Positions 1 through 9,431 of a stretch of 27,956 nucleotides of DNA are shown one piece after another. The notes below the pieces were generated by a model that was given only the letters and a program-made list of their open reading frames with translations, was not told the origin of the DNA and ran no database searches. This stretch comes from an uncultured virus (IMG/VR IMGVR_UViG_3300028394_000058). Lineage: Duplodnaviria > Heunggongvirae > Uroviricota > Caudoviricetes. The stretch's first letter is position 1; the number at the start of each line of letters is the position of its first letter. The stretch lies in IMG/VR virus record IMGVR_UViG_3300028394_000058; one strand, written 5' to 3'. The position numbers and the translations under genes were made by a program.

Positions 1-738
1 AACATCATATACTGTTAGATAAATATTGCCGCTACTATCAACACTAACTCCTTTTGCATAAAATTGATTTTGAGTAACAGTGTTATAGTAGGTATATCGC
101 CATGTTTGAGTACCGCTAGTAGTAAATTTAGCTACAAAACAAGCATCAGTAACCACACTTGTAGCACTTGCCATTCTTGGTGTTCTGCCTGCAATTACAA
201 TACTATCGTCACTAGCAGAGTATGCTATAGCTTCACCACTGTCAGTATAGCTTTGAGTACTATAAGTAATATTTATTCGCTTTATAAATCCTGTAGTACC
301 ATCACTGTTAAATTTTCCAAAGTAGGCATCTCTGCTTGAATTAGTAGTATAACCAGCAGGTTGGCCGCTAGTAAATTGAGCTGTGCCAATCCAGTATACA
401 TTGCCAACACTATCGACGCAACAATCTAGTACGTGTGCTTCTGTGTTAAACGCCCCCACTATTTTTTGCCATGCAATACTACCAGTGCTACTAAATTTGG
501 TCATAGCGAATCCAAAGATACCGCTAGTACCTACGTTTTCTTGACCACCTACGTAAAAATCACCAGTTGCGGCATGTACAGCTATTCTGCTGGCAACGTT
601 TTTATTAGTAACAGCAGTACCAAAAGTACCAATCCTGGCAAGCCAGGCACTATTAATGCCCGGATTACCAGTAAATTGATAACTTAAACCACCAAATCCA
701 CGAATGCTCATTTTTGCCGTAGTTGCAATCATTGGCAT
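1..738 (-). CDS. Beta-propeller repeat protein, probable receptor-binding or tail fibre-associated protein (partial, runs off the window edge)
   Basis: Not in the ORF track; translated by hand. The ATG at 738-736 overlaps the fibre stop codon (TAATG) and the frame is open for 246 codons to position 1, starting MPMIATTAKMSIRGFGG. It has repeated propeller-blade motifs: VDSVGNVYWIG, KFSSTGSIAWQK, KFNSDGT, KFTTSGTQTWR, VSVDSSGNIYLT. Confidence 0.8.
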   Translation of the reverse strand, partial: MPMIATTAKMSIRGFGGLSYQFTGNPGINSAWLARIGTFGTAVTNKNVASRIAVHAATGDFYVGGQENVGTSGIFGFAMTKFSSTGSIAWQKIVGAFNTEAHVLDCCVDSVGNVYWIGTAQFTSGQPAGYTTNSSRDAYFGKFNSDGTTGFIKRINITYSTQSYTDSGEAIAYSASDDSIVIAGRTPRMASATSVVTDACFVAKFTTSGTQTWRYTYYNTVTQNQFYAKGVSVDSSGNIYLTVYDV

Positions 739-3700
739 TATGCATACCTCGCTACACTAGCTACAGTAGTATAAACTCCTGAGTTATTTTTAAGTATTGT
801 TAGTGAATAAATATCTATGCTACTTGCACCGCCGCTAGTAGGTGCAAGACCTCCTAACCATTTTACAGCACTTGCCGCTTGCGATACACCATCAATTTGT
901 AGTGCGCTTTGATAATAAGCAGGAGTTCCGTTAGTTACTATGTGAATAATAGTTAGGGATCTATTATTTACATTTAGCAAGGTTCCCACACTTGTTATGT
1001 TTAGGGTCCAGTTTGCTGTTGGATTTGCAGTTGTATACAGTATAGGAGAAGTAGCGGCGTCTAATACTACTGTTCCACTTGGTGAAGTTCCGTTAATAAC
1101 AATTACTTCTGTTGGAGAAACAAATAGCGATTTATTAAAAGTTTGTAAGGCTGTCCAAGTATATGAAAGGCTATTATCTAATGCGGTAGAACTCAGTACT
1201 CCGCCAGTATAACTTAGTGGACCACTAAGTGTAACGCTGGTAAACCCACCAGCACCATTACCAGCAAGAAGGCCACTACCGCTAGTTGGAGAAGCATAAT
1301 CAGTTCCAGCAGTAGCTGAAATAATTGCACCAGATGTATTACCTTTTAATAACGAAGCACCAAGAGATGATCTACCAGTACCACCATTAGCTACGTTTAA
1401 TATACCAGTAACACCAGTACCTCCTAACGGTAATCCTGTGCAATTTGTTAATACACCAAAACTAGGTGTTCCAATATTAGGCGTAATTAATGCAGGACTG
1501 GTTTGTAAAACTACGTTGCCCGTACCTGTTGGAGTATTACCGTTTCCTGTACCGCCTTGACCTGCCGGAAGTGTTCCAGTAGTCATAGTCTGTAAGTTTA
1601 CTTTACCGTATGCCGGAGCCGTATTAGCTCCTGCCGATATTAATACGTTACCTGCAGTTACAGCAGCTAATTTACTTAGGGCAATATTGCTGCTTGCGTA
1701 TAATATATCACCAATTACATAGGCACTTGCACCACCTTGACCAGTGCCACCTTGTCTAGCAGGCACTATATACGTACTTACTAAACCACCGGCATTACCT
1801 GTAGTGTCTTGATTTAGTGTAGGCACATCTGCAATAGCAATATTAGACATAACCATATTGGTGCCGTCAGATTTAAAAAATCTAGAATCACCATATAGTC
1901 CGGCACGTACATTTGAAGCATTATTAGAAGCTAAAAAATTAATAGCATTTTGTCTAGTTTGTTGTCCTGTACCGCCTAAACCAATCCCTAAAGTAGTAGT
2001 TATAGTACCAGCACTACCACTAACGTTTCCACTAATAGTAAGTCCGGCAAGGTCTTGGGCTGTAATAAAATCCATTACAGCATTGTTTTGAGCATTTATT
2101 CGTAAAAATTTTCCGGCGGTATTTGCATTATTAGTTAATTCATTAATTGCGTCTTGTCTATTATTTTTTCCTGTACCACCATTAGCAATTGAAATTATTC
2201 CATTACCACTAATAGTACCTGCTGAAGTTGCAAATGTTGTACTGCCCGCACTGCCAGTAATATTAGCAGCAATAGTAAGTCCAGCTAAATCACTAGCAGC
2301 AATATTAGACATGGTCACATTACTACCGTCTCCACGCAGAAATCTACCTATAGATGCATTTCCTGCTAGCGCATTAATTGCCCCTTGCCTATTATCACTA
2401 CCTGTACCACCTTTATTAATAGGTACTACTAGTGCCACACTATTAGCGGTTTCTGCAAAGTTTGCTTTAAGAGCAGTATTAGCAGTATTAGCACTTTCTG
2501 AATAACCTATACTAAGAGTACCAGATTTCCAAGTTTGAGTACTAGCGTTATAAAGTAAAGTTTGTCCAGCACTTACGCCAGTAGTATTAACATCTGTTAA
2601 ATTAGCAAGTGATGTAGTAAGTACTGGTTTGTTAGTTAAATCTGCATAATTGCCGCTAAATATTGTTGGTTTATCAATTAAATCTGCATAGCTGCCAGTA
2701 ATAGCCACATTTTTTAATGCTGGTTTACCTAACAGGTCTGTATAGCTGCCAGTAATAGCAACATTTGCAAAAAAGTCGCCACTATTATAGTTAACACTAG
2801 TAATAATTCTGGCCCAAGGACTCCAACTATTACTTACGTCTCTGCGACTACGTATATAACTATCTGCACTTACCGTAGCGTTACCATTAGTACCACCTGT
2901 ATTAGGCCAACCAACATATAATTGTCCGTCACCTTCGCCGCCTAGGGTAAGTAAATTACCAAAAGCAGTTGGATAGTTATTGTTATTGTAGTTACTTCTT
3001 AAACTTAAAACATTTGGTGGTGATGCAATTCCAGTAACTTCAGCATTTGCTCTGCCTAAATTACCAGTACCAGTAACATAGCCGCCTATTAAATTAGGCA
3101 TAGGCACATCTACCCAGTCAACATCTGTTTCGCCAGCATTAACTCGTAAAAATTTTGTACCTTTAGTAATGTAATTTGGTAGTAAATTAATTCTAGCATT
3201 TGCTGCAGTATTAGCACCAGTGCCACCATTTGCTATGTTAACAATACCTGTTAATGCAATATTAGCATGTTCGGCACCATATAGTCCCGGGGTTCCTTCT
3301 GGTTTGTAGATAGTTACTTCAAGCGGGCCAGTTGCATTAACTTTACTAACTACATTTGCAGGAACTTGAGTAGCTTCCCAATTAGAATCAACTCCAGTAG
3401 CGTCTAAAGTTAACACATATTTTTTAAAAGCCACATTATTTGCAAGCGGCAAAATATTTCTGCGCGCGTTGCCCGCAGCACTTGCACCCGTACCACCTAA
3501 CCTAACAGGCACAATGTCAAGACTAATATTAGGAGCAGTGCCTCCGCTACTTATAATAGGATATGTATTACCTACACCAGTTAATAGGGTAGCTGTAGCA
3601 GCACTAAAATCAGCGCTAATTGTATTATTAGCAAAAATAATATTGTCGCCAATACTAACATTTCTTACGCCACCGCTGCCGTTGCCCATTAATAAGTCCG

Positions 3701-4511
3701 CGCCGGTAGTAGGACCAATGTAATCTACGCCTGCTACACCGGTGATAATTGCACCAGTAGTATTGCCTTTTAGCAATCCACTACCAAGATTAGCTCTGCC
3801 TGTACCTCCTGAGGTGACCGGCAAAGCATTGCCTTCAGAATAACTTAAACCAAGATTTCCATCAGCCGTAAGCGGGTTATTTGATACCTTTAAAAAGAAA
3901 TTTTCAGGAGTACCAATACCTACACTAGTTAGGGCACCTACACCCCCGATACTAATAACAACTGCATTATTAGGGCCGCGATCTTCAATAATAATGCCTG
4001 CACCTTGTGTTAGTACACGCTCATTAGTTAAATTACCACTGCCGCCCATAACCACAAAGCTTTCTGTAGTTTTTGCAAGCCCTGTGGTTTTTAGTGTATT
4101 ATTATCAAGCGTTAAACCAGTGTCTAATATAACGTTTTGAAATCCGCCGTCACCATCGCCTGCTAATAAGTATTCGCCATCTGTGGGATTTTCATACACA
4201 AATGAACTTAGTTCGCCGGAAACTGTATAACCTAGGGGGCTGCCGTCAATATTAGATACCAATGCGTACTTAACATAGTATCTACTATTGGGTATTAAGT
4301 TAGGTATATGAACTTGTAGGCTTAGTCCGTCGTACACTAAATTACCTGTGGGAGGGCTTTGTGTGGTTAAGTCCGCTCCAGAGGTTAAATAGCACCAAAC
4401 TTTAACCGTTGTTAAATCATTTCTAAACCTACCAGTATATACATCTGTAGGTGAACTTATACTTAAGTTTAACGACTTAATTCCAGGATTTAAGTATGCT
4501 CTTACTGCCAT
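738..4511 (-). CDS. Long side tail fibre protein (1257 aa)
   Basis: Gly/Asn/Thr-rich with about 10 hydrophobic-x-x-GGTG repeats, three S(G)xYxDLxxKP repeats, a knob-like segment (YIRSRRDVSNSWSPWARI), an FN3-like N-terminal anchor, and a C-terminal WLGGLAPT...SIDIYSLTILK motif. It lies immediately downstream of the central tip gene. Confidence 0.85.
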   Translation of the reverse strand: MAVRAYLNPGIKSLNLSISSPTDVYTGRFRNDLTTVKVWCYLTSGADLTTQSPPTGNLVYDGLSLQVHIPNLIPNSRYYVKYALVSNIDGSPLGYTVSGELSSFVYENPTDGEYLLAGDGDGGFQNVILDTGLTLDNNTLKTTGLAKTTESFVVMGGSGNLTNERVLTQGAGIIIEDRGPNNAVVISIGGVGALTSVGIGTPENFFLKVSNNPLTADGNLGLSYSEGNALPVTSGGTGRANLGSGLLKGNTTGAIITGVAGVDYIGPTTGADLLMGNGSGGVRNVSIGDNIIFANNTISADFSAATATLLTGVGNTYPIISSGGTAPNISLDIVPVRLGGTGASAAGNARRNILPLANNVAFKKYVLTLDATGVDSNWEATQVPANVVSKVNATGPLEVTIYKPEGTPGLYGAEHANIALTGIVNIANGGTGANTAANARINLLPNYITKGTKFLRVNAGETDVDWVDVPMPNLIGGYVTGTGNLGRANAEVTGIASPPNVLSLRSNYNNNNYPTAFGNLLTLGGEGDGQLYVGWPNTGGTNGNATVSADSYIRSRRDVSNSWSPWARIITSVNYNSGDFFANVAITGSYTDLLGKPALKNVAITGSYADLIDKPTIFSGNYADLTNKPVLTTSLANLTDVNTTGVSAGQTLLYNASTQTWKSGTLSIGYSESANTANTALKANFAETANSVALVVPINKGGTGSDNRQGAINALAGNASIGRFLRGDGSNVTMSNIAASDLAGLTIAANITGSAGSTTFATSAGTISGNGIISIANGGTGKNNRQDAINELTNNANTAGKFLRINAQNNAVMDFITAQDLAGLTISGNVSGSAGTITTTLGIGLGGTGQQTRQNAINFLASNNASNVRAGLYGDSRFFKSDGTNMVMSNIAIADVPTLNQDTTGNAGGLVSTYIVPARQGGTGQGGASAYVIGDILYASSNIALSKLAAVTAGNVLISAGANTAPAYGKVNLQTMTTGTLPAGQGGTGNGNTPTGTGNVVLQTSPALITPNIGTPSFGVLTNCTGLPLGGTGVTGILNVANGGTGRSSLGASLLKGNTSGAIISATAGTDYASPTSGSGLLAGNGAGGFTSVTLSGPLSYTGGVLSSTALDNSLSYTWTALQTFNKSLFVSPTEVIVINGTSPSGTVVLDAATSPILYTTANPTANWTLNITSVGTLLNVNNRSLTIIHIVTNGTPAYYQSALQIDGVSQAASAVKWLGGLAPTSGGASSIDIYSLTILKNNSGVYTTVASVARYA

Positions 4512-4520
4512 AATAATCCC

Positions 4521-7500
4521 TTACTTTATGTGAGTCACAATTACTACTCCTAGAGAACTAGTAATACTATAGTTGTTGTTTGTATCTACAGTTCTGCAAG
4601 CAATTCTGTATTGAACGCCTGTAAAACTAAGCCTAGGTGTAGGATTTATACCCGTACCTAAATCGTAATCGATAATATTAATTCTACCGGGACCACGACT
4701 TTGAACTGATTTTATATCTATTAAACCAGAGCCTAATTCCCAAAAATCACCACTACCTGGATTTCTGTATACTCTATATTCATAGGCTTTAAAATCACTG
4801 TTACTTAATAAATCAAAGTTTTGTGGAGTAATGTATATATAGTGATCATCTAATAAAACATCTATTGGTGGAGGCTCCATATAACTTAGTCCACTTTTTC
4901 CAGTAATAGAAACTGTAGTTGGTGGATATGACCACGGTCCTACTATACTACCAGTTGCATTAGAATACCTGACTTTAATTTTATATCCACTATTAGAAAT
5001 TAATCCAGGTATTGAAAAAGCACTTTGAGATTTATCAACTGTCATAACCCCAGCTAATGTATCGTCATTAAATTGAGCATCACCTTCAACAATAGCTAAT
5101 TGAATCTTAGTTGCAAGCGCAGGAAGTCCTGTAGGGTGTCCAATAGCTACAATTAATGTATTTTGATATACACCTGGAGATATTTGTATTGCATACAGCG
5201 GATCACTACTTGTATTAACAATAATAGGTACTTGTGTAATACGTTGTATTAATACATCAGTATTTCCACCAGTAATATTTGGTAAAAATACATCATTAGT
5301 AAAATTATCGTCGTACAGTGTAGGTGAATAGTCTGTAAGTGTAAGTCTTGCAGTATTATTAGACTGAGTTTCAACACTTAGTACAACTAATTCTTGAGAA
5401 TCAGTATAACTAGTAGGTGTTAATGTAGTAGTAATTCCTAACATATACAAATTATCTACTTCCGGAGGAGTAGATAGTAACAGTAATTGTTGATTAATAG
5501 TTATTTCGTTTGTATACTGTGGCGCACCAATATTTACTGGTGTACTAAAAGTTTTTACAACTGCACCCGCTACAGTTCTAATTCTAATAATGTATATTTT
5601 ATTTGGTTCTATATAAAAGTCTTCGCTTAAGGTTAGCTTAGTAGTATTAATAGTAGGATTTTCAATTTTTGTAATTCTACCAGTTCCAATACCCCATTGA
5701 GGAATATCATGCGAAACTCTGACTAAGTCACCTCTAGTACACACTAAATGTTCAAAGTCTGCATTAATGCTGTAAGTTTCTGGACGTAGTTTTGCTTGTG
5801 CTAAATGAAATTTTGCCAAGTATATGGCTTGGGTTTTATTAGTTACACCAGGAAAAGTTATTTGTTCATAAATTTTTGCTGTTGACTCTGTAAATCCTTC
5901 TCTGTACACAAAAAACTCATCTTGTTGATACGCTTTAGATTCATCTTGAATAGTAACCCTTAATGCGTCTGGTAGCCTTGGTAATGTTTTTGATGATTCA
6001 AATCCCCAGCTATTATGCGGAGTAAAATATTGGGTTACATATTGTCGCGGTCTATCAATAATAACTGTCCATTTACCATTTATTATTGCTGGACTAGCAA
6101 GACCGGCAGCACAAATATCTCTGAGTGTATCCATAACACTTTGAGTATTTGTAATCACACTATTAAATGCTAATTTTTTAACAAAACAAAATGTATGCCA
6201 CTCTTGTAATTTTAATAAATCAAATTGTGCACTTACTTTTGCTATAGGTATTGCATAGGCATTAGCACAATGAGTAAGAACATAAATAAATAAACTAGCA
6301 GGATTATTAGTTGGCCTATCTGGTATCCAATTAGTGCCATTTGATAGGGTATTAATGGGCGTATTAGGATCATTATTATTCCAACCAGTACCATTCCAAT
6401 CATAAGTTTTAGTAGTGACTAATGCATTAATTCCATCTACAGTACCATTAACTTTACCGGTACTTTCAAGTCTAATTGCACTTTTTGCTAGGTAACATCC
6501 TGGTGGATTAGTGGTAGGACCATTATTGCTAAATCCCGTTAAAGAATTAACTTGTACATTATAGAAAAATCTAAGATCACCCTCTTCATCTTTATCAGAA
6601 TTTGCTCTGCGTACTCTAACATCGTACTGTGCTTGTGGAAGATTATAAAACCGATAGATATAGTTAAATGGATCTTTTCGTTTTTCATAAGTACCAGCAA
6701 TACCAATTGAAATTGTATTAGTAGTTTGTGGATTAGGATTTAAATCGCCTCCAGCTATATAAGTAACTCTTAGTGCAACACGTCCGGCATAGGAAACCCC
6801 GCCAGTACTAAAACTAGCATCCCCTCTACCAATTAGTCTTACTTTTCTAATACCTTTTGTAACATTTACTGAAGTTGTAAACCTAGTTCCAAAAAAATTA
6901 TTTTCAATACTAAGTACAGGTGTTAAATCTTCTATATCTAATTTTGAGGTTGGGTTTGATCTAATTGCATTTAACCAAGCCCCTGCAAGACCTCCAGTAT
7001 TACCAGTACTATTATAATCCGTTGCGGCAATATATAAATTTGCAGAACCTACTACAGCCATTTCAACTGTATAATATCCATCAACAGGAAATGATACTGT
7101 TGCATCTAAATCTACAACGTTTTGTCCACTTGTTGCCCAAATTCCATTATTAATTAACAAAGGTGACCAAGTAGAAAGAGTATTATTACTACTAGTAAAA
7201 GCAGTAACATTGCTAAAACTAGTACCATTAAATATTAAATTTTCTGTACCAGTTTGATAGCTTGTACCTAATAGTTTTCCACCATTAATAGTTACAGCTA
7301 CAGAAGTAGGTGTTGTTTGAGCCCAGTCTACTACATTAGTACTATTACTAACAATATTAAGACTTAAGCCTGTATAGTTAACATCTACTGTACCGCGATT
7401 ATCAACTACTGAACCAAAAAGTCCAACACCAGTTTTTAAACAAAAATCATATAGCTTTATATCGCCTTGTGGTATTTGTGGCTTAACTACATATAGATAG

Positions 7501-9431
7501 ATACTAGAGGGTTCTGGATATGACCAGTACATATCACCAGCCGTACCATTAGGCTCATGATTAGTATTTTGATTTTGTAAACTAGCGTATACTCCTCCAT
7601 TATATTTAACTAAATCATTAAGTTTATATATACCAGTACTTGACCAAGGTTGAGCTACCAGCGATAAACTAGCAAAATTTTTCCGATAATAGTAACTTTT
7701 TATATCATTTGGAATACTAGTATCAGTAGCATTAGGAGTAGGAGTGCCTGATGATAGTGTAAGCCTACCTCCTTGTCCAATACTAATAGTATGCCACTGA
7801 TATAGGATGCTGTAGTCAGGATTATTTGTGGTTTCAGGAAAATCTATTGGTGCAGGAATGCCTACAACCCAAGTTTTAACTTGTGGATTTAGTAAATTTG
7901 TATTAACCGCTGTAGCATACCCGCCTTGTGATACCCAAGTAGCATTACTAGTATTTCTATTGCCGTCTGCATCATATGCAGGTCTATACTGAATTTCTAT
8001 ATCAGTTTGTGCAGTACTAATATCGCCGTTTTTTACATTAATTGCTCTACAACCTTGTGGAAAGGTAAAGCTTAGGGCCATGCTGGTAACTTTGTCAGTT
8101 AAACTAATTTCAGTCCAAGGATTACCCAAAGTAGCGTTATTTACTAATTCTACAGGTCCTCCAGCACTAGCATATACTTGTTGAATTTCTTGACCATAAA
8201 TGCTATTAAAAGCATCTTGATCTTCTGTTGAGTAACCATATAAATGTGCAGGAGCTAATTGACTTAGTGTACCAGTAGTTAAGTCATTATAAAAACTTGT
8301 AAGTGGTATGGTACCAATTTGTAAATCTTCAATTGCTAGTGGTCCGAATCCCCAGATCAATAGTGTAGTAATATTGTTACTGTTTTCTAAACTATGAATA
8401 TAAGGTTGGGCACCTAATACTCCAGTCATACGAACTTTGCCTAATACTACAGGAATGGCCCCAAATCTATTCATCTGGTTAGTTGTACCGTTGAATAAAT
8501 TTAAGGTTCCTGGTGTGCCGGGATTATTTGGGCCGTTAGGCATTCTAACTGGTGCAATTGCATCAATTAATTTGCTGCCAACATACGACATTGCAGCTGC
8601 TGTACCTATATATACAGCATTATACGCAAGCCCCTCTGTAGCCCCTGTTACATAAGCAGCAAACTGTGGAGCATATGTTGCTATAGCAATAACTAAAGCA
8701 ATTGTTGCTAAAGTTCTTAGTGCCCTTAAACCAGGTAGTACTCTATATGCAATAGTCTCGCCGGGCAATAAAGTTCTTGTATGCCAGTGTGTTTTATCTA
8801 CAGGCATACCATCAACAAGTATAATAACTCTTTCAAATAGTGCATCACTAATTTGATACTTTTGCTTAATGTAAACAGATAACTCTTCTAGATTTTTTCC
8901 AGCTGCTACCCAATCTGTAACTATATTTTGAGTTTGTAATGGGTGTGGTGCTCCGGTTAACTGAACTTTTTTAGGGCAATATCTATATATACCCTCTAAT
9001 CGTTTAGCCCAATTAAGATTATTTAGTGACTCAACTATACTAGTTTGGCCCTCATTTATATGTAAAAAGTTATTATTACCAATATAAATACCAATATGAG
9101 TTGGTTGCCCAAAAATTTTGAATACACATAGATCCGGAACTTCTGGCACAGTAACCAACTGCCACGATTCTTTTTGAATACTTACCAGTTCACGAATATT
9201 TTTATCACCAACACAGTCTTCTAGCAAACTTGGTAAATTCATACCAAATTGAATGTTGACTAGTTCACGAATATTTTTACCAGTACTACCATCATAATCT
9301 TCTACCAAACTTGGCAAATCAATATTAAACTGCTCTTGATATACTAGACGTGCTAATCCCCAACAGTCAGTACCTGAGTGCTCTCTGCCATTGTGCTTGT
9401 ATGGTAATCCTATGTATTTATTATGCCACAT
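4521..9431 (-). CDS. Central tail tip protein: fusion of NlpC/P60 (gpK-like), gpI-like and gpJ-like host specificity domains (1636 aa)
   Basis: N-terminal YIGLPY..GR...GTDCWGL...THIGIYIG...FLH (NlpC/P60 Cys-His-His). This is followed by a ubiquitin-like and hydrophobic gpI-like segment, gpJ-like motifs (GAIPVVLGKVR, LLIWGFGPL, NNPA, GDLVRVSHD) and a C-terminal FN3-like region. Confidence 0.85.
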   Translation of the reverse strand: MWHNKYIGLPYKHNGREHSGTDCWGLARLVYQEQFNIDLPSLVEDYDGSTGKNIRELVNIQFGMNLPSLLEDCVGDKNIRELVSIQKESWQLVTVPEVPDLCVFKIFGQPTHIGIYIGNNNFLHINEGQTSIVESLNNLNWAKRLEGIYRYCPKKVQLTGAPHPLQTQNIVTDWVAAGKNLEELSVYIKQKYQISDALFERVIILVDGMPVDKTHWHTRTLLPGETIAYRVLPGLRALRTLATIALVIAIATYAPQFAAYVTGATEGLAYNAVYIGTAAAMSYVGSKLIDAIAPVRMPNGPNNPGTPGTLNLFNGTTNQMNRFGAIPVVLGKVRMTGVLGAQPYIHSLENSNNITTLLIWGFGPLAIEDLQIGTIPLTSFYNDLTTGTLSQLAPAHLYGYSTEDQDAFNSIYGQEIQQVYASAGGPVELVNNATLGNPWTEISLTDKVTSMALSFTFPQGCRAINVKNGDISTAQTDIEIQYRPAYDADGNRNTSNATWVSQGGYATAVNTNLLNPQVKTWVVGIPAPIDFPETTNNPDYSILYQWHTISIGQGGRLTLSSGTPTPNATDTSIPNDIKSYYYRKNFASLSLVAQPWSSTGIYKLNDLVKYNGGVYASLQNQNTNHEPNGTAGDMYWSYPEPSSIYLYVVKPQIPQGDIKLYDFCLKTGVGLFGSVVDNRGTVDVNYTGLSLNIVSNSTNVVDWAQTTPTSVAVTINGGKLLGTSYQTGTENLIFNGTSFSNVTAFTSSNNTLSTWSPLLINNGIWATSGQNVVDLDATVSFPVDGYYTVEMAVVGSANLYIAATDYNSTGNTGGLAGAWLNAIRSNPTSKLDIEDLTPVLSIENNFFGTRFTTSVNVTKGIRKVRLIGRGDASFSTGGVSYAGRVALRVTYIAGGDLNPNPQTTNTISIGIAGTYEKRKDPFNYIYRFYNLPQAQYDVRVRRANSDKDEEGDLRFFYNVQVNSLTGFSNNGPTTNPPGCYLAKSAIRLESTGKVNGTVDGINALVTTKTYDWNGTGWNNNDPNTPINTLSNGTNWIPDRPTNNPASLFIYVLTHCANAYAIPIAKVSAQFDLLKLQEWHTFCFVKKLAFNSVITNTQSVMDTLRDICAAGLASPAIINGKWTVIIDRPRQYVTQYFTPHNSWGFESSKTLPRLPDALRVTIQDESKAYQQDEFFVYREGFTESTAKIYEQITFPGVTNKTQAIYLAKFHLAQAKLRPETYSINADFEHLVCTRGDLVRVSHDIPQWGIGTGRITKIENPTINTTKLTLSEDFYIEPNKIYIIRIRTVAGAVVKTFSTPVNIGAPQYTNEITINQQLLLLSTPPEVDNLYMLGITTTLTPTSYTDSQELVVLSVETQSNNTARLTLTDYSPTLYDDNFTNDVFLPNITGGNTDVLIQRITQVPIIVNTSSDPLYAIQISPGVYQNTLIVAIGHPTGLPALATKIQLAIVEGDAQFNDDTLAGVMTVDKSQSAFSIPGLISNSGYKIKVRYSNATGSIVGPWSYPPTTVSITGKSGLSYMEPPPIDVLLDDHYIYITPQNFDLLSNSDFKAYEYRVYRNPGSGDFWELGSGLIDIKSVQSRGPGRINIIDYDLGTGINPTPRLSFTGVQYRIACRTVDTNNNYSITSSLGVVIVTHIK

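Noticed and set aside
1..9431. Diversity-generating retroelement acting on the fibre or tip genes
   Set aside because: No reverse transcriptase and no TR/VR pair with adenine-specific mismatches in this window; the 9176..9332 duplication is in-frame and its differences are not confined to adenines. Sequence outside the window cannot be assessed.
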